Shown here: one piece after another, positions 9,560 to 19,017 of the stretch
Numbering within the stretch: position 1 is the stretch's first letter
Layout of the letters: every line of letters begins with the position of its first letter
Source of the DNA: Tenericutes bacterium ADurb.Bin239
Lineage (GTDB): Bacteria; Bacillota_I; Bacilli_A; RFN20; CAG-826
Length of the DNA: 64,000 bases
Assembly: GCA_002069815.1 (NCBI GenBank)
Contig: MWCB01000001.1
Span: 65,786 to 129,785, forward strand
Reading direction: 5' to 3'
Notes under the pieces: generated by a model
What the model saw: only the letters and a program-made list of their open reading frames with translations
The model's database searches: none
What the model was told of the DNA's origin: nothing
Program-made: the position numbers and the translations under genes

Positions 9560-9798
9560 AGGATAACCTCAACTTCAACAAGTTCCACATCCGCGCGTCG
9601 CACAAGTAAGCGATAATTACGTAATTCTAAACAGAAAGGATCACCAAGCGGTGATATTTTATTAACTTTAACTATTACACCCGTAGTAATACCCATATCT
9701 AAAAGACGCTGCTTTAAGGCTGGGTTATCATTGTTAATTCGTAAAACACGGGCCTTTTGCCCAATTTTCAATTGGTCTAATGTTTGAATATCACGCAC
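9556..9798 (-). CDS. feoA: FeoA
   Basis: 80-aa FeoA-type protein; GTG start; 4-nt overlap with feoB. Confidence 0.85.
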   Translation of the reverse strand: MRDIQTLDQLKIGQKARVLRINNDNPALKQRLLDMGITTGVIVKVNKISPLGDPFCLELRNYRLLVRRADVELVEVEVIL

Positions 9799-9847
9799 CT
9801 AATGGTTAATCCCTTCTAGTGACTATACAAAGTATAATCTCACTCAA

Positions 9848-9876
9848 AATATACATTATTAGTGCCTTATTATCAA
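9848..9876 (-). promoter_or_regulatory. Candidate feoAB promoter
   Basis: Minus strand TTGATA (9876-9871), 17 nt, TATATT (9853-9848). Confidence 0.5.
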
Positions 9877-9957
9877 TTAATTTACCCGAATTTGATATGT
9901 TAGCGTATGAAAACATTTCCAAACATTGTATAATATACAATAAGTGAGGTGCGAGTT

Positions 9958-11673
9958 ATGAAAGTTATAACCCTATTGAACACACTTGATATTGTCTTTA
10001 TTGTAGCAAGTGCCATTTTAGTAGTGGCCGTCCTTGTTTTCTTATTAAGTAAATTTGCCTTTCGCGGGACAAAGAATAAGAAAATGCTTAAATCTTTATC
10101 AATCAAGTATTCATATGTGCGCAGCTTATTACTTGGCGAAAATATTCAATATATCAAACGGATTGAAGCGATCAGCGATATTAATTTACTTATGCGCCCA
10201 GCTTATGAAGAGTTCTTCGCCCGTTTTGAACAACTCCGCAGTGTTGATGATCGTAAAGCGAGTCGTTCTATCCAAATCTTAAATGAAGCATTAGCCGCTG
10301 GTAATAAAGAATTTAAAAAGGCTTTTAATGAACATCGGCCCATCATTTTAGATTATGAACGCAAAGTTACGGCTCTGAGCAAAGACTTAACGAATATGAT
10401 TAAACCCGAATCGGAAATTCGCGAAGAAAGTGTTTATGATAAAGAAAAATTACGGATCATTAAAAACATTTATCGCGATCATAAAGATGAACTTGAAATT
10501 TGTGTTCCCAGTTTTGAAAAAATCTTTGGTCAAATTGAATTACTATTCAAGGAATATGATAATGCTCTCAATGGGGCATATTATGATGAAGCGCGCAGTT
10601 ATCTGGAAAAGATTCGAACGTTTAACGACCAACTTGAAAGAATTTTACAAATCTTACCACTTTTAGTGGTAAAAGCAACGGTTTTAATTCCTGAAAAGAT
10701 TGATAATCTTAAAAAGAGTTATGAGGAAGCCACCGCTTATAATGTGCCGCTTCACCATTTACGCGTAAGTCAAGAAATTGAAGATTTTAATGAACAACTA
10801 GAAATAATTAAAGATCAATTAATCCGTTTTGATACACGTAATGTTGAACAAACGCTTAATCATATTGCTGATACGATTGATGAATTAATTAATAGTTTCA
10901 ATGTTGAAATTGAAAAGCAAAGAGAGTTTACCGCTGAGTATGACAAAACATATTTGCACGTTAATGATTTAGAGCAACGTTATATTCGTTTAGTAAATCG
11001 AATGCCCCAAGTTAAGGAATACTATTTAATTAATCCCGAATACGAACGTAAACTTGAAGAAGCGAATACAAATGTCAATACGATGATGATGGTTAAACGG
11101 AGTTTAGATGCCTTCCTTCATAGCGCCACGAAACAACCTTACAGTGTTTTAGTCGAGAAAGTTTTACAACTACAGGCCGAAAGTATGAAAGTTGAAGTGC
11201 TCGTCCGTGAATTTCAAACGTATATTGAATCATTGCGAGTTATTGTGGAAGATGGCTTTGCCATTTGTAAACTTTTATTCTTACGCTTTAAAGAATTAGA
11301 AGTAATGTTACGGCGCCTTAATGTTCCATCTTATATTCAAAACTTTGAACAAGACTTTGATAGCGGCTATGCGATGATTAGTGATATTAGTACAATCATC
11401 CGCGAACGGCCTATCGATGTAAGTCAAGTTGAAGTGCTCACTAACGAATTACGCGCTCTTGCTACGCGTCTAGAAGATGTTATTACTAACGACATTAAAT
11501 ATGCCGAATCAGCCGAAGAAGTAATCGTGAGTCTTAACGCTTTTAGGCCACAATTTAGCGAACTTCACACTAAACTTCGTGATGAAGAACAACGTTTCTT
11601 TAATGGCCTTTTTAAGCACACCTACGAAAACTCTATTGAACAATTAAAAAAATACCAAAACCGTAAACAATGA
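9958..11673 (+). CDS. ezrA: Septation ring formation regulator EzrA
   Basis: Start at ATG 9958 (GTGAGGTG SD). N-terminal TM helix plus about 540 aa of coiled-coil/spectrin-like repeats; QNR motif at the C-terminus (KKYQNRKQ); ezrA-nifS-thiI synteny as in Bacillus. Confidence 0.8.
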   Translation: MKVITLLNTLDIVFIVASAILVVAVLVFLLSKFAFRGTKNKKMLKSLSIKYSYVRSLLLGENIQYIKRIEAISDINLLMRPAYEEFFARFEQLRSVDDRKASRSIQILNEALAAGNKEFKKAFNEHRPIILDYERKVTALSKDLTNMIKPESEIREESVYDKEKLRIIKNIYRDHKDELEICVPSFEKIFGQIELLFKEYDNALNGAYYDEARSYLEKIRTFNDQLERILQILPLLVVKATVLIPEKIDNLKKSYEEATAYNVPLHHLRVSQEIEDFNEQLEIIKDQLIRFDTRNVEQTLNHIADTIDELINSFNVEIEKQREFTAEYDKTYLHVNDLEQRYIRLVNRMPQVKEYYLINPEYERKLEEANTNVNTMMMVKRSLDAFLHSATKQPYSVLVEKVLQLQAESMKVEVLVREFQTYIESLRVIVEDGFAICKLLFLRFKELEVMLRRLNVPSYIQNFEQDFDSGYAMISDISTIIRERPIDVSQVEVLTNELRALATRLEDVITNDIKYAESAEEVIVSLNAFRPQFSELHTKLRDEEQRFFNGLFKHTYENSIEQLKKYQNRKQ

Positions 11674-12800
11674 TTTATTTTGATAACGCTAGTACCACGA
11701 AAATAAATGCGCAAGTTTTAAGGACGTATAAAAAAGTTCTTGAAACTTATTTTGCTAATCCAAGTGGCACGCACACGCTAGCGCGCGATGTGGCGCGTTT
11801 ACAAGATAAAGCTCGTAGTGAGATACTTGACACCTTAAAATACACTGATGGTAAGGTTATTTTCACTAGTGGAGCAACTGAAGCTAATAACTTAGCAATT
11901 ATTGGTCTGTATCAGGCTTACGCTAATCGTGGTAATGAAATCATCATTAGTAATTTTGAACATCCTAGTGTACGTGAGGCGTGTGATTATTTAGCTAAAG
12001 TTCACGGTGTCGTCATTAACAAAGTACCCATTGATGCTAACGGAGTAATTGATTTAAAGACACTAAAAAAATTTTTAAGTGATAAGACCGTATTAGTTTC
12101 AATTATGGCCGTGAACAATGAAATTGGCGCAATCACTAATTTAAGTGCAATTCGGAAAGTACTTAACGGTTATCCCAAAGTAATTTTCCATAGTGATGTA
12201 ACTCAGGCCCTTGGTAAGATCTTAGTTAATCTTGATGTGGTTGATGCTTTTTCTTTCTCAGCTCATAAGATCCACGGATTAAAAGGGAGTGGCGCTTTGG
12301 TATTACGCCGCAAATTGAATCCTAAACCGTTAGTATATGGTGGTTCGCAGGAGGATGGATTGCGCCCTGGAACACATAATGCCCCCGCGAATATTGTCCT
12401 AGCCCAAACAGTCCGTTTAGCGGTCATGAGTCAACAAGAAAACATCGAATTAGTGGGGAAACTGGCTCAAAAGTTACACACGCTATTAGCAACTCGTAGT
12501 GATTTATTTATTATTAATTCAACACTTGATAATCCTTATATTGTAAATTTCTCCCTTAAAACGGTGTCTGCTTCGATTGTTCTTAATGCGTTAGAAAATA
12601 AAGAAATTTACTTAGGAACTACCAGTTCTTGCAGTGCAAAACTTCATATTCCCAGTCATACAATCCTCGCGATTTCTGGGGACGAAAAACGGGCTAATAA
12701 TGCGCTGCGTGTTAGCTTTAGTGCCACGAATACCGTTGATGAAGTTATTACATTTTTTAAGGTATTAATGCAAATTATCGAAGGAGCAAACTATGGCTAA
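11670..12800 (+). CDS. Cysteine desulfurase (NifS/NifZ-like, class V aminotransferase)
   Basis: 376 aa; PLP-lysine motif SFSAHKIHG; catalytic Cys loop TSSCSAK; ATGA overlap with ezrA; precedes thiI. Confidence 0.85.
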   Translation: MIYFDNASTTKINAQVLRTYKKVLETYFANPSGTHTLARDVARLQDKARSEILDTLKYTDGKVIFTSGATEANNLAIIGLYQAYANRGNEIIISNFEHPSVREACDYLAKVHGVVINKVPIDANGVIDLKTLKKFLSDKTVLVSIMAVNNEIGAITNLSAIRKVLNGYPKVIFHSDVTQALGKILVNLDVVDAFSFSAHKIHGLKGSGALVLRRKLNPKPLVYGGSQEDGLRPGTHNAPANIVLAQTVRLAVMSQQENIELVGKLAQKLHTLLATRSDLFIINSTLDNPYIVNFSLKTVSASIVLNALENKEIYLGTTSSCSAKLHIPSHTILAISGDEKRANNALRVSFSATNTVDEVITFFKVLMQIIEGANYG

Positions 12801-13974
12801 AATGATTATGATTCACTTTGGTGAACTCTACACTAAAGGGAAAAATCGTCGTGATTTTATTCGTCAACTGCAAAATAATATTAACGAAGTTGTTGGTTCT
12901 TTCAAAGTAAATATTGAGACGAAACATGACCATATTTATCTTAAAAATATTAAGGATAACGATATGGTTGAAATTGTAAAACGGCTGCAAAATGTCAGCG
13001 GAATCCACGCAATTAGTGAAGTTTTAGCGTTTCCGCTTGACCTTGAACAAGTTAAAAATTATTTGCTTGAACTCGTACTTGAACTTAGGCCGAAAACCTT
13101 TAAAGTTATCACTAAACGCAAGGATAAACTTTTCCCGATGCGCAGTGATGAAATTAATCGTTATGTCGCTAGTCATATTTTAAAAAACGCGGAAATTAAA
13201 GTTGATGTTCACGCCCCTGAATTACCCATGAGATTAGAAATTGACGCGACCCGAATCTTGGTGGTTGGTAAACGCTATCCTGGCTTAGGTGGGTATCCTT
13301 TAGGTTCGGCTGGGAAAGGGTTAGTGCTTCTTAGTGGCGGGATTGATTCTCCCGTAGCTGCTTACCTGATGATTAGGCGCGGTATTAAAATAGCGGCTAT
13401 CCACTTTGCGGCCCCACCTTATACGAGTGATGAAGTCTTAAAGAAAATTGAAGCACTAGCGGCAAAGTTAAACAATTATCAACCAACTATTCGACTCTAT
13501 ATTGTCCCTTTTACTAAATTGCAGTTAGCGATATATGAAAATGCTCCTAGTGGGTATGCGATTACCTTAATACGGCGGATGATGCTGCGCATTAGTACCG
13601 TCATTGCTAAACGGCACGGTTATAAAGTGCTTGTGACGGGTGATTCACTTGGACAAGTTTCAAGTCAAACACTTGAATCGCTCGTGGTCATTAATGAAGT
13701 GACTAATTATCCGATTATTCGTCCACTGGCGACCTTTGATAAAAACGAAATTATTAAAATTGCCAAAGAGATCGAAACTTATCCAATCTCGATTTTGCCT
13801 TACGAAGATTGCTGTACTATTTTCCCTGTTACTAATGCAGTAACAAGTCCAAAATTAGATGATGTTCTTGCTTATGAACATAGTTTTGATTATGAAAGTT
13901 TAATTAGTGAGGCAATTGGCGACACAACCAAAAAAGATATTAAATTAGATAGTCACGACGACGATTTATTTTAG
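12793..13974 (+). CDS. thiI: tRNA 4-thiouridine synthase ThiI
   Basis: 393 aa; THUMP region plus PP-loop LLSGGIDSPVA; AAGGAG SD. Confidence 0.9.
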   Translation: MAKMIMIHFGELYTKGKNRRDFIRQLQNNINEVVGSFKVNIETKHDHIYLKNIKDNDMVEIVKRLQNVSGIHAISEVLAFPLDLEQVKNYLLELVLELRPKTFKVITKRKDKLFPMRSDEINRYVASHILKNAEIKVDVHAPELPMRLEIDATRILVVGKRYPGLGGYPLGSAGKGLVLLSGGIDSPVAAYLMIRRGIKIAAIHFAAPPYTSDEVLKKIEALAAKLNNYQPTIRLYIVPFTKLQLAIYENAPSGYAITLIRRMMLRISTVIAKRHGYKVLVTGDSLGQVSSQTLESLVVINEVTNYPIIRPLATFDKNEIIKIAKEIETYPISILPYEDCCTIFPVTNAVTSPKLDDVLAYEHSFDYESLISEAIGDTTKKDIKLDSHDDDLF

Positions 13975-13991
13975 AAAGAAGAACTAATAAA

Positions 13992-14027
13992 TAAAAAAGG
14001 AGTGAACCCAATGTCACCCCGTTTTTA
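13992..14027. terminator. Bidirectional terminator between thiI and rplT
   Basis: A-tract, stem GGAGTGA/TCACCCC (one mismatch), T-tract. Confidence 0.65.
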
Positions 14028-14046
14028 TTAAGAAAGAATTTTATAT

Positions 14047-14406
14047 TTACTTAGCGAGTGCTTTTTTGGCTGTTTCAGTTAAGCCTTTAAATGTTTCAAA
14101 ATCATGAATTGCTAATTCGCTTAACATTTTACGATTGATATCAATGTTTGCAAGTTTTAAACCATGCATAAATTGGCTATAACTAATTTCGCACATCCGA
14201 CAGCCAGCGTTAATACGTTTAATCCATAATTTACGATAATCACGTTTGATGCGACGTCGATCAATGTAAGCATAACGTAAGGAGTGCATGACTTGCTCTT
14301 TAGCGGTTTTAAAAAGTAAGCTTTTGGCACCAAAATAACCTTTGGCTTGTTTTAAAACTTTTTTACGACGGGCCCGGGTGACCGGTGAACTTTTTACTCT
14401 TGCCAT
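14047..14406 (-). CDS. rplT: 50S ribosomal protein L20
   Basis: 119 aa, [26 protein letters not shown]... Confidence 0.95.
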   Translation of the reverse strand: MARVKSSPVTRARRKKVLKQAKGYFGAKSLLFKTAKEQVMHSLRYAYIDRRRIKRDYRKLWIKRINAGCRMCEISYSQFMHGLKLANIDINRKMLSELAIHDFETFKGLTETAKKALAK

Positions 14407-14418
14407 GTTTATTTCCTC

Positions 14419-14613
14419 CTAGTTGTGAATTAAATACTTAATCCGCTTAGCGTCACTTTTGTGCACTAAACGTGCTTTCCGTAATTGTCTTTTTTGTTTA
14501 GTTGTTTTGCGGGGGGCTAAATGCGAGGTATAAGCGGCCTTACGCATTATTTTGCCTGATTTAGTAACTTTAATCCGTTTGGTTAAAGCACTTTTACTCT
14601 TCATTTTGGGCAT
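14419..14613 (-). CDS. rpmI: 50S ribosomal protein L35
   Basis: 64 aa, [17 protein letters not shown]... Confidence 0.95.
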   Translation of the reverse strand: MPKMKSKSALTKRIKVTKSGKIMRKAAYTSHLAPRKTTKQKRQLRKARLVHKSDAKRIKYLIHN

Positions 14614-14624
14614 GAATCTTCCTC

Positions 14625-15176
14625 CTATTTCTTAATTTTACTCGCTAAGATGACACTTAAGTTACGACCTTCGAGTACTGGCTTTCGTTCGACTGTGGCT
14701 AATTCTTCCAGCGATTGCACAAAGCTCTCTAATATTTTTTCACCGACTTCAATGTGTGCCATTTGGCGGCCACGATAACGGATGGTGACCTTGACTTTAT
14801 TACCTTCCTCTAAGAAACGACGCGCCGTTCGCGCTTTTGTTTCTTGATCATGCACATCAATGACTGGAGACATTCTAATCTCTTTTAATTCAACGATTTT
14901 CTGTTTCCGTTTTTGTTCTTTAGCGCGCTTTTGTTGTTCAAAGCGGTATTTAGAATAATTAAGCATTTTGCAAACGGGTGGTTTGCCATTCGGATTTACA
15001 CAATATAAGTCTAGTTCATATTCATTGCTCGCTAAATCAATCGCGGCGCGAGTTTTCATCACGCCTAGTTGTTCGCCATTTGGACCAATGACTAACACTT
15101 CGGGAAAACGAATATTTTCGTTCACTAGATCAGTATTGCGTTCGGGCCGTTCTCGGTTTTGGTTGTAAATAAGCAT
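14625..15176 (-). CDS. infC: Translation initiation factor IF-3 (true start possibly ATT at 15170)
   Basis: IF-3 N and C domains ([22 protein letters not shown]..., [19 protein letters not shown]). The ATG at 15176 lies only 2 nt after the GGAGG SD, whereas the in-frame ATT at 15170 lies 8 nt after it. Confidence 0.9.
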   Translation of the reverse strand: MLIYNQNRERPERNTDLVNENIRFPEVLVIGPNGEQLGVMKTRAAIDLASNEYELDLYCVNPNGKPPVCKMLNYSKYRFEQQKRAKEQKRKQKIVELKEIRMSPVIDVHDQETKARTARRFLEEGNKVKVTIRYRGRQMAHIEVGEKILESFVQSLEELATVERKPVLEGRNLSVILASKIKK

Positions 15177-15304
15177 TTCCTCCTGTGGTTATTTAAAAGC
15201 GGGCATCAGTAGACACCCGCGATAAAACGAATATTTCGTAGCATCAACCAATTTACTCTGTAAATCTGGTGAGAAGCGGGTGCTTCTACTTTCCACTTTT
15301 AGAC
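15177..15304 (-). promoter_or_regulatory. L20-type leader / transcription attenuator of infC-rpmI-rplT
   Basis: Minus-strand terminator GCGGGTGTCTACTGATGCCCGC+TTTT (15220-15191). Upstream CACCCGC (15282-15276) can alternatively pair with the terminator 5' arm GCGGGTG. Confidence 0.55.
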
Positions 15305-15310
15305 GCTATT

Positions 15311-15339
15311 AAAATATCATGGTTATGATAAATTGTCAA
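15311..15339 (-). promoter_or_regulatory. Candidate infC operon promoter
   Basis: Minus strand TTGACA (15339-15334), 17 nt, TATTTT (15316-15311). Confidence 0.45.
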
Positions 15340-15348
15340 ATTTAATTA

Positions 15349-15960
15349 CTATTTTAGTGCTTTTTCATATAAACGGGCGACTTCATCCCAATTTACCACA
15401 TTAAAGAAAGCATCTACGTACTCAGGACGGCGATTTTGATATTTTAAGTAATAAGCGTGTTCCCATACATCAAGCGCTAAGATGGGGCGTCCTTCGTGAA
15501 GGGGGGTATCTTGGTTAGGAGTGCTTAAGACTTTAAGCTTTTTGTCGTTTGTAACGATAAGAAAAGCCCATCCCGAACCAAAGCGAGTTTTTGCCGCGGT
15601 GGCAAATTCATCTTTAAAGGCTTCCACACTACCAAAGGTGGCAACTAAGTCGGCTTTAAGTTTTCCGTCTGGTCCTTTTCCCTTGTTAACCTTTAGTAAA
15701 GTCCAGAATAGTTCGTGGTTAAAATGACCGCCCCCGTTATTGCGCACGGCAGTTCGAATACTTTCGGGTAATTTATCTAAATTAGTAAGTAATTTTTCTA
15801 AATTCCAACTTGCGTAAGCTGGTTCTTTGGCTAATGCCGCATTCAAGTTATTGACATAGCCAGCATGGTGTTTACCATGATGAATTTCCATTGTTTTAGC
15901 ATCGATGTAAGGCTCTAATGCATCAAATGCATATGGAAGTGGTTTTAAAACAAAATGCAT
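15349..15960 (-). CDS. sodA: Fe/Mn superoxide dismutase
   Basis: 203 aa; HHGKHH and DVWEHAYYL signatures. Confidence 0.9.
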   Translation of the reverse strand: MHFVLKPLPYAFDALEPYIDAKTMEIHHGKHHAGYVNNLNAALAKEPAYASWNLEKLLTNLDKLPESIRTAVRNNGGGHFNHELFWTLLKVNKGKGPDGKLKADLVATFGSVEAFKDEFATAAKTRFGSGWAFLIVTNDKKLKVLSTPNQDTPLHEGRPILALDVWEHAYYLKYQNRRPEYVDAFFNVVNWDEVARLYEKALK

Positions 15961-16015
15961 ATATTTTCCTCCTTTTCTATCTTATTATCGCATTAACGGA
16001 GGAGTTTGTTATCAC

Positions 16016-17911
16016 TTATGCTTTGTCTTTAATTTCTTGTTTAATTCGATGCATAAAATCAGCATAAGGAATAGTTACCTGTGCGGAATCACCAAACTTA
16101 CGATAAGTCACCAAGTTATCCTTTTTCTCTCTGTCACCAATAACTAGCGTGTAGGGAATTTTAGCGACTTGACTTTGGCGTAAACGATAACTAAGTTTTT
16201 CGTTGCTATCATCGAGCGTTATACGGATACCGTGGCGCATAAATTTACGCGCAACACTTTGTGCGTGTTTTAAATGCGCTTCATTATTTACAGGGAGAAT
16301 CGCTACTTGGATTGGCGATAACCAAAGGGGGAAGGCGCCAGCGTAGTGTTCAATTAAAATGCCAATAAAGCGCTCAATCGAACCAAAGACCGCGCGGTGG
16401 AGCATAATTGGGCGAATTTTCTGATTATTTGAATCAATATACGAAATATCGAAGCGTTCGGGTAAATTCATATCTAATTGAATCGTTCCGCATTGCCAAA
16501 TCCGGCCTAAACTATCGCGAAGTTTAAAGTCGAGTTTCGGACCGTAAAAAGCGCCATCGCCTTCATTAATTTTAAATGGAATCCCGCTTGCTTTACACGC
16601 TTTAGCGAGTGCTTTTTCACTAAAATTCCACGTCTTGATATCACCAATATATTTTTTTGCGGGCCGAGTCGAAAGTTCGATATGATAACTTAGATTAAAC
16701 GTTTTATAAACGTCATCATAAAGCTTAAGGAGCCGTTTAATTTCACTTTGTAATTGATCTTTACGGCAGAAGATGTGGGCATCATCTTGGGTGAAATTAC
16801 GTACTCTAAATAAGCCAGTTAATGAACCACTCGGTTCATGACGATGGACATTACCGTGCTCCGCCACGCGGATTGGTAAATCTTTATAAGAGTGGAGTGT
16901 ATTATTGTAAATTAATATCGCCCCTGGACAATTCATCGGTTTAATCGCAAAGTCGCGTTCATCAATCAGCGTTGTATACATATTTTCCCGATAATTAGCC
17001 CAGTGGCCGCTTCGTTCCCACAAATCACGACTTAGAATTAACGGTGTTTTTACAAACTCATAACCCGATTCGCGTTGTTTTTTAATCCACCAGTGTTCTA
17101 ACTCATGATAAAGAACCATTCCTTTTTGCAGCCAAAAGGGGAATCCCGGACCATATTCACTAATCATAAAAAGTCCAAGTTCGCGACCAAGTTTTCGGTG
17201 GTCACGTTTTTTGGCTTCTTCAAGGTTATGGAGATGTTTATCAAGCGCTTCTTTGCTAAAGAAAGCGACCCCATAAATTCTAGTTAACTGTTTCCGACTT
17301 GAATCACCCCGCCAATAGGCGCCAGCTAAACTTAAAAGTTTAAAATGTTGGACATAGCGGGTACTTGGCAAATGCGGACCATAGCAAAGGTCAAGAAAAT
17401 CACCTTGCTTATAAATTGTAATTCTTTCTTCGATTTCTTTTATTAATTCGATTTTATACTCGTTTTTTGTAAATAACTCAAGTGCTTTTTCTTTGCTAAT
17501 CACTTGCCGTTCAATTCGAAAATCTTGCTTTGAAAGTTCAAGCATTCTTTGCTCAATAATTGGTAAATCACTATCATTAATTACAGCATCACCAAAGTCA
17601 ATATCATAGTAGAAACCTTCACTAATGTCGGGACCAATGCCAAATTTAGCGTGTGGATATAAACTTAGAATGGCTTGGGCCATTAAGTGCGCGGCATCGT
17701 GATTGAGTAAGGCGAAAGCTTCGTCGTCATCTTTAGTGACAAAACTAAAATTACCGCCGCTTGGAAGTGGTGTCGCAAGATCATAGAGTGTACCGCCTAG
17801 TTTATACACTAAGACATTACCTTTATTTTCTACATTCAAAATTTTAAGAAGATCAAAGCCAGTCGTGCCTTCTTTAATTTTCACTAATTGATTGTTGTAT
17901 TTGAGTTCCAT
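16016..17911 (-). CDS. thrS: Threonine--tRNA ligase
   Basis: 631 aa; TGS domain, editing-domain HxxxH (HDAAHLM), class II core and anticodon-binding domain. Confidence 0.95.
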   Translation of the reverse strand: MELKYNNQLVKIKEGTTGFDLLKILNVENKGNVLVYKLGGTLYDLATPLPSGGNFSFVTKDDDEAFALLNHDAAHLMAQAILSLYPHAKFGIGPDISEGFYYDIDFGDAVINDSDLPIIEQRMLELSKQDFRIERQVISKEKALELFTKNEYKIELIKEIEERITIYKQGDFLDLCYGPHLPSTRYVQHFKLLSLAGAYWRGDSSRKQLTRIYGVAFFSKEALDKHLHNLEEAKKRDHRKLGRELGLFMISEYGPGFPFWLQKGMVLYHELEHWWIKKQRESGYEFVKTPLILSRDLWERSGHWANYRENMYTTLIDERDFAIKPMNCPGAILIYNNTLHSYKDLPIRVAEHGNVHRHEPSGSLTGLFRVRNFTQDDAHIFCRKDQLQSEIKRLLKLYDDVYKTFNLSYHIELSTRPAKKYIGDIKTWNFSEKALAKACKASGIPFKINEGDGAFYGPKLDFKLRDSLGRIWQCGTIQLDMNLPERFDISYIDSNNQKIRPIMLHRAVFGSIERFIGILIEHYAGAFPLWLSPIQVAILPVNNEAHLKHAQSVARKFMRHGIRITLDDSNEKLSYRLRQSQVAKIPYTLVIGDREKKDNLVTYRKFGDSAQVTIPYADFMHRIKQEIKDKA

Positions 17912-17924
17912 ATTAACACCCTCC

Positions 17925-18134
17925 TTTTAATAAAAAACGCCCCTTTAAGGACGCTATATTGCGCGGTACCACCTTAATTCATGTTGCCATGCACTCTTGT
18001 TTGTCGTAACGTGACTAGCGATTAACTCATCGTTAATAAGCTCGAAAGTGGTAAGGTTAGTGCTTGCTCCTAGTTTCCACCCGCCACTAGGTCTCTATCA
18101 GCCAATGCATTAGCCCCTTGTCTTTGTCTTCGCT
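17925..18134 (-). promoter_or_regulatory. T-box leader (Thr)
   Basis: Minus strand has the AGAGA motif, T-box sequence AATTAAGGTGGTACCGCGC and a terminator followed by TTTTTT. The ACC specifier candidate is at 18052-18050 (ACC followed by A) or 18057-18055. Confidence 0.75.
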
Positions 18135-18140
18135 TTAATA

Positions 18141-18169
18141 ATTTTACACATATTTGCCTAATTAGGCAA
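18141..18169 (-). promoter_or_regulatory. thrS promoter overlapping a 16-bp palindrome
   Basis: Minus strand TTGCCT (18169-18164), 17 nt, TAAAAT (18146-18141); the -35 is half of the palindrome TTGCCTAATTAGGCAA (18154-18169). Confidence 0.6.
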
Positions 18170-18174
18170 GATAG

Positions 18175-19017
18175 TTATTGTGCGCCAAATATCTTAAAAC
18201 CGTAACTCGCCGCCCCTACTAAGCCCGCATCTTCACTAAAATGGGCAATTTGGATATTAGCGTTTGGAACGCGCTTTCGTAGTTCATCCCAAAATAATTC
18301 CTTTGATTTGAGAACCCCGCCCGTGACTGCAATTACGTCAGGAGTAAAGGCCTTATTAACAAAGGTGAAGAAGTCAGTTATGAGTATTAACCACTCTTCA
18401 AATATCTTTAGGGCATAGGGGACTTTGGCGGCAACATCTTTAAAAAAGGATGGTGCATTCGCATAATATATATTATTAAGAGCCGCGAGTTTAATAACCC
18501 CGTCGCCTGAAGCAATTTTTTCTAGTTCATAAAAATTACCGCGATATGCGACTAATGTATGACCAATTTCCTTGCTCGGATTTTTAATGGCTTGATCAAC
18601 AATTAAGCAACCACCAATACCCGTGCTAATCGTAACAAAATAAGTACTATTAAGATTTTTACCAGCGCCAAAAACCGCTTCGGCAAACGCCGCCATTTCG
18701 GCATCATTTCGCACGGAAACAGGTAATTTAAACGTCTTTTCCAAAGTTGTTACTAAGTCAATATTTTTAATACCAATATTTGGTAATTCATCAATAAAGC
18801 CGTTTTTACGAACGCGGCCAGGAACACCAATTGAGATGGCAATCGGATCGTATTTACTTAAGTCTAGCTGGGTAATAATGCCCTTAACTTGCGCAATAAA
18901 AAGCTCTTTGTCATGACGAAGCGTGTTTTCTTTCACGACTTGTAAAAGTTTACCATCGTTACGAGCAATAGCAGCGCGAATATTCGTGCCCCCAATATCC
19001 AGAGCAATTATAAACAT
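18175..19017 (-). CDS. ROK-family sugar kinase (glucokinase-like)
   Basis: 280 aa; ATP-binding ALDIGGTNIR; no N-terminal HTH, so a kinase rather than a repressor; ATG overlaps the pyk stop. Confidence 0.75.
   Translation of the reverse strand: MFIIALDIGGTNIRAAIARNDGKLLQVVKENTLRHDKELFIAQVKGIITQLDLSKYDPIAISIGVPGRVRKNGFIDELPNIGIKNIDLVTTLEKTFKLPVSVRNDAEMAAFAEAVFGAGKNLNSTYFVTISTGIGGCLIVDQAIKNPSKEIGHTLVAYRGNFYELEKIASGDGVIKLAALNNIYYANAPSFFKDVAAKVPYALKIFEEWLILITDFFTFVNKAFTPDVIAVTGGVLKSKELFWDELRKRVPNANIQIAHFSEDAGLVGAASYGFKIFGAQ

Noticed and set aside
15967-16003. Possible SD-sequestering hairpin upstream of sodA (CUCCUCC about 25 nt upstream pairing with the GGAGGA SD)
   Set aside because: It has only 6-7 bp with a 25-nt loop, and complementarity to SD-like purine runs arises easily by chance. 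There is no supporting conservation that I can assess.
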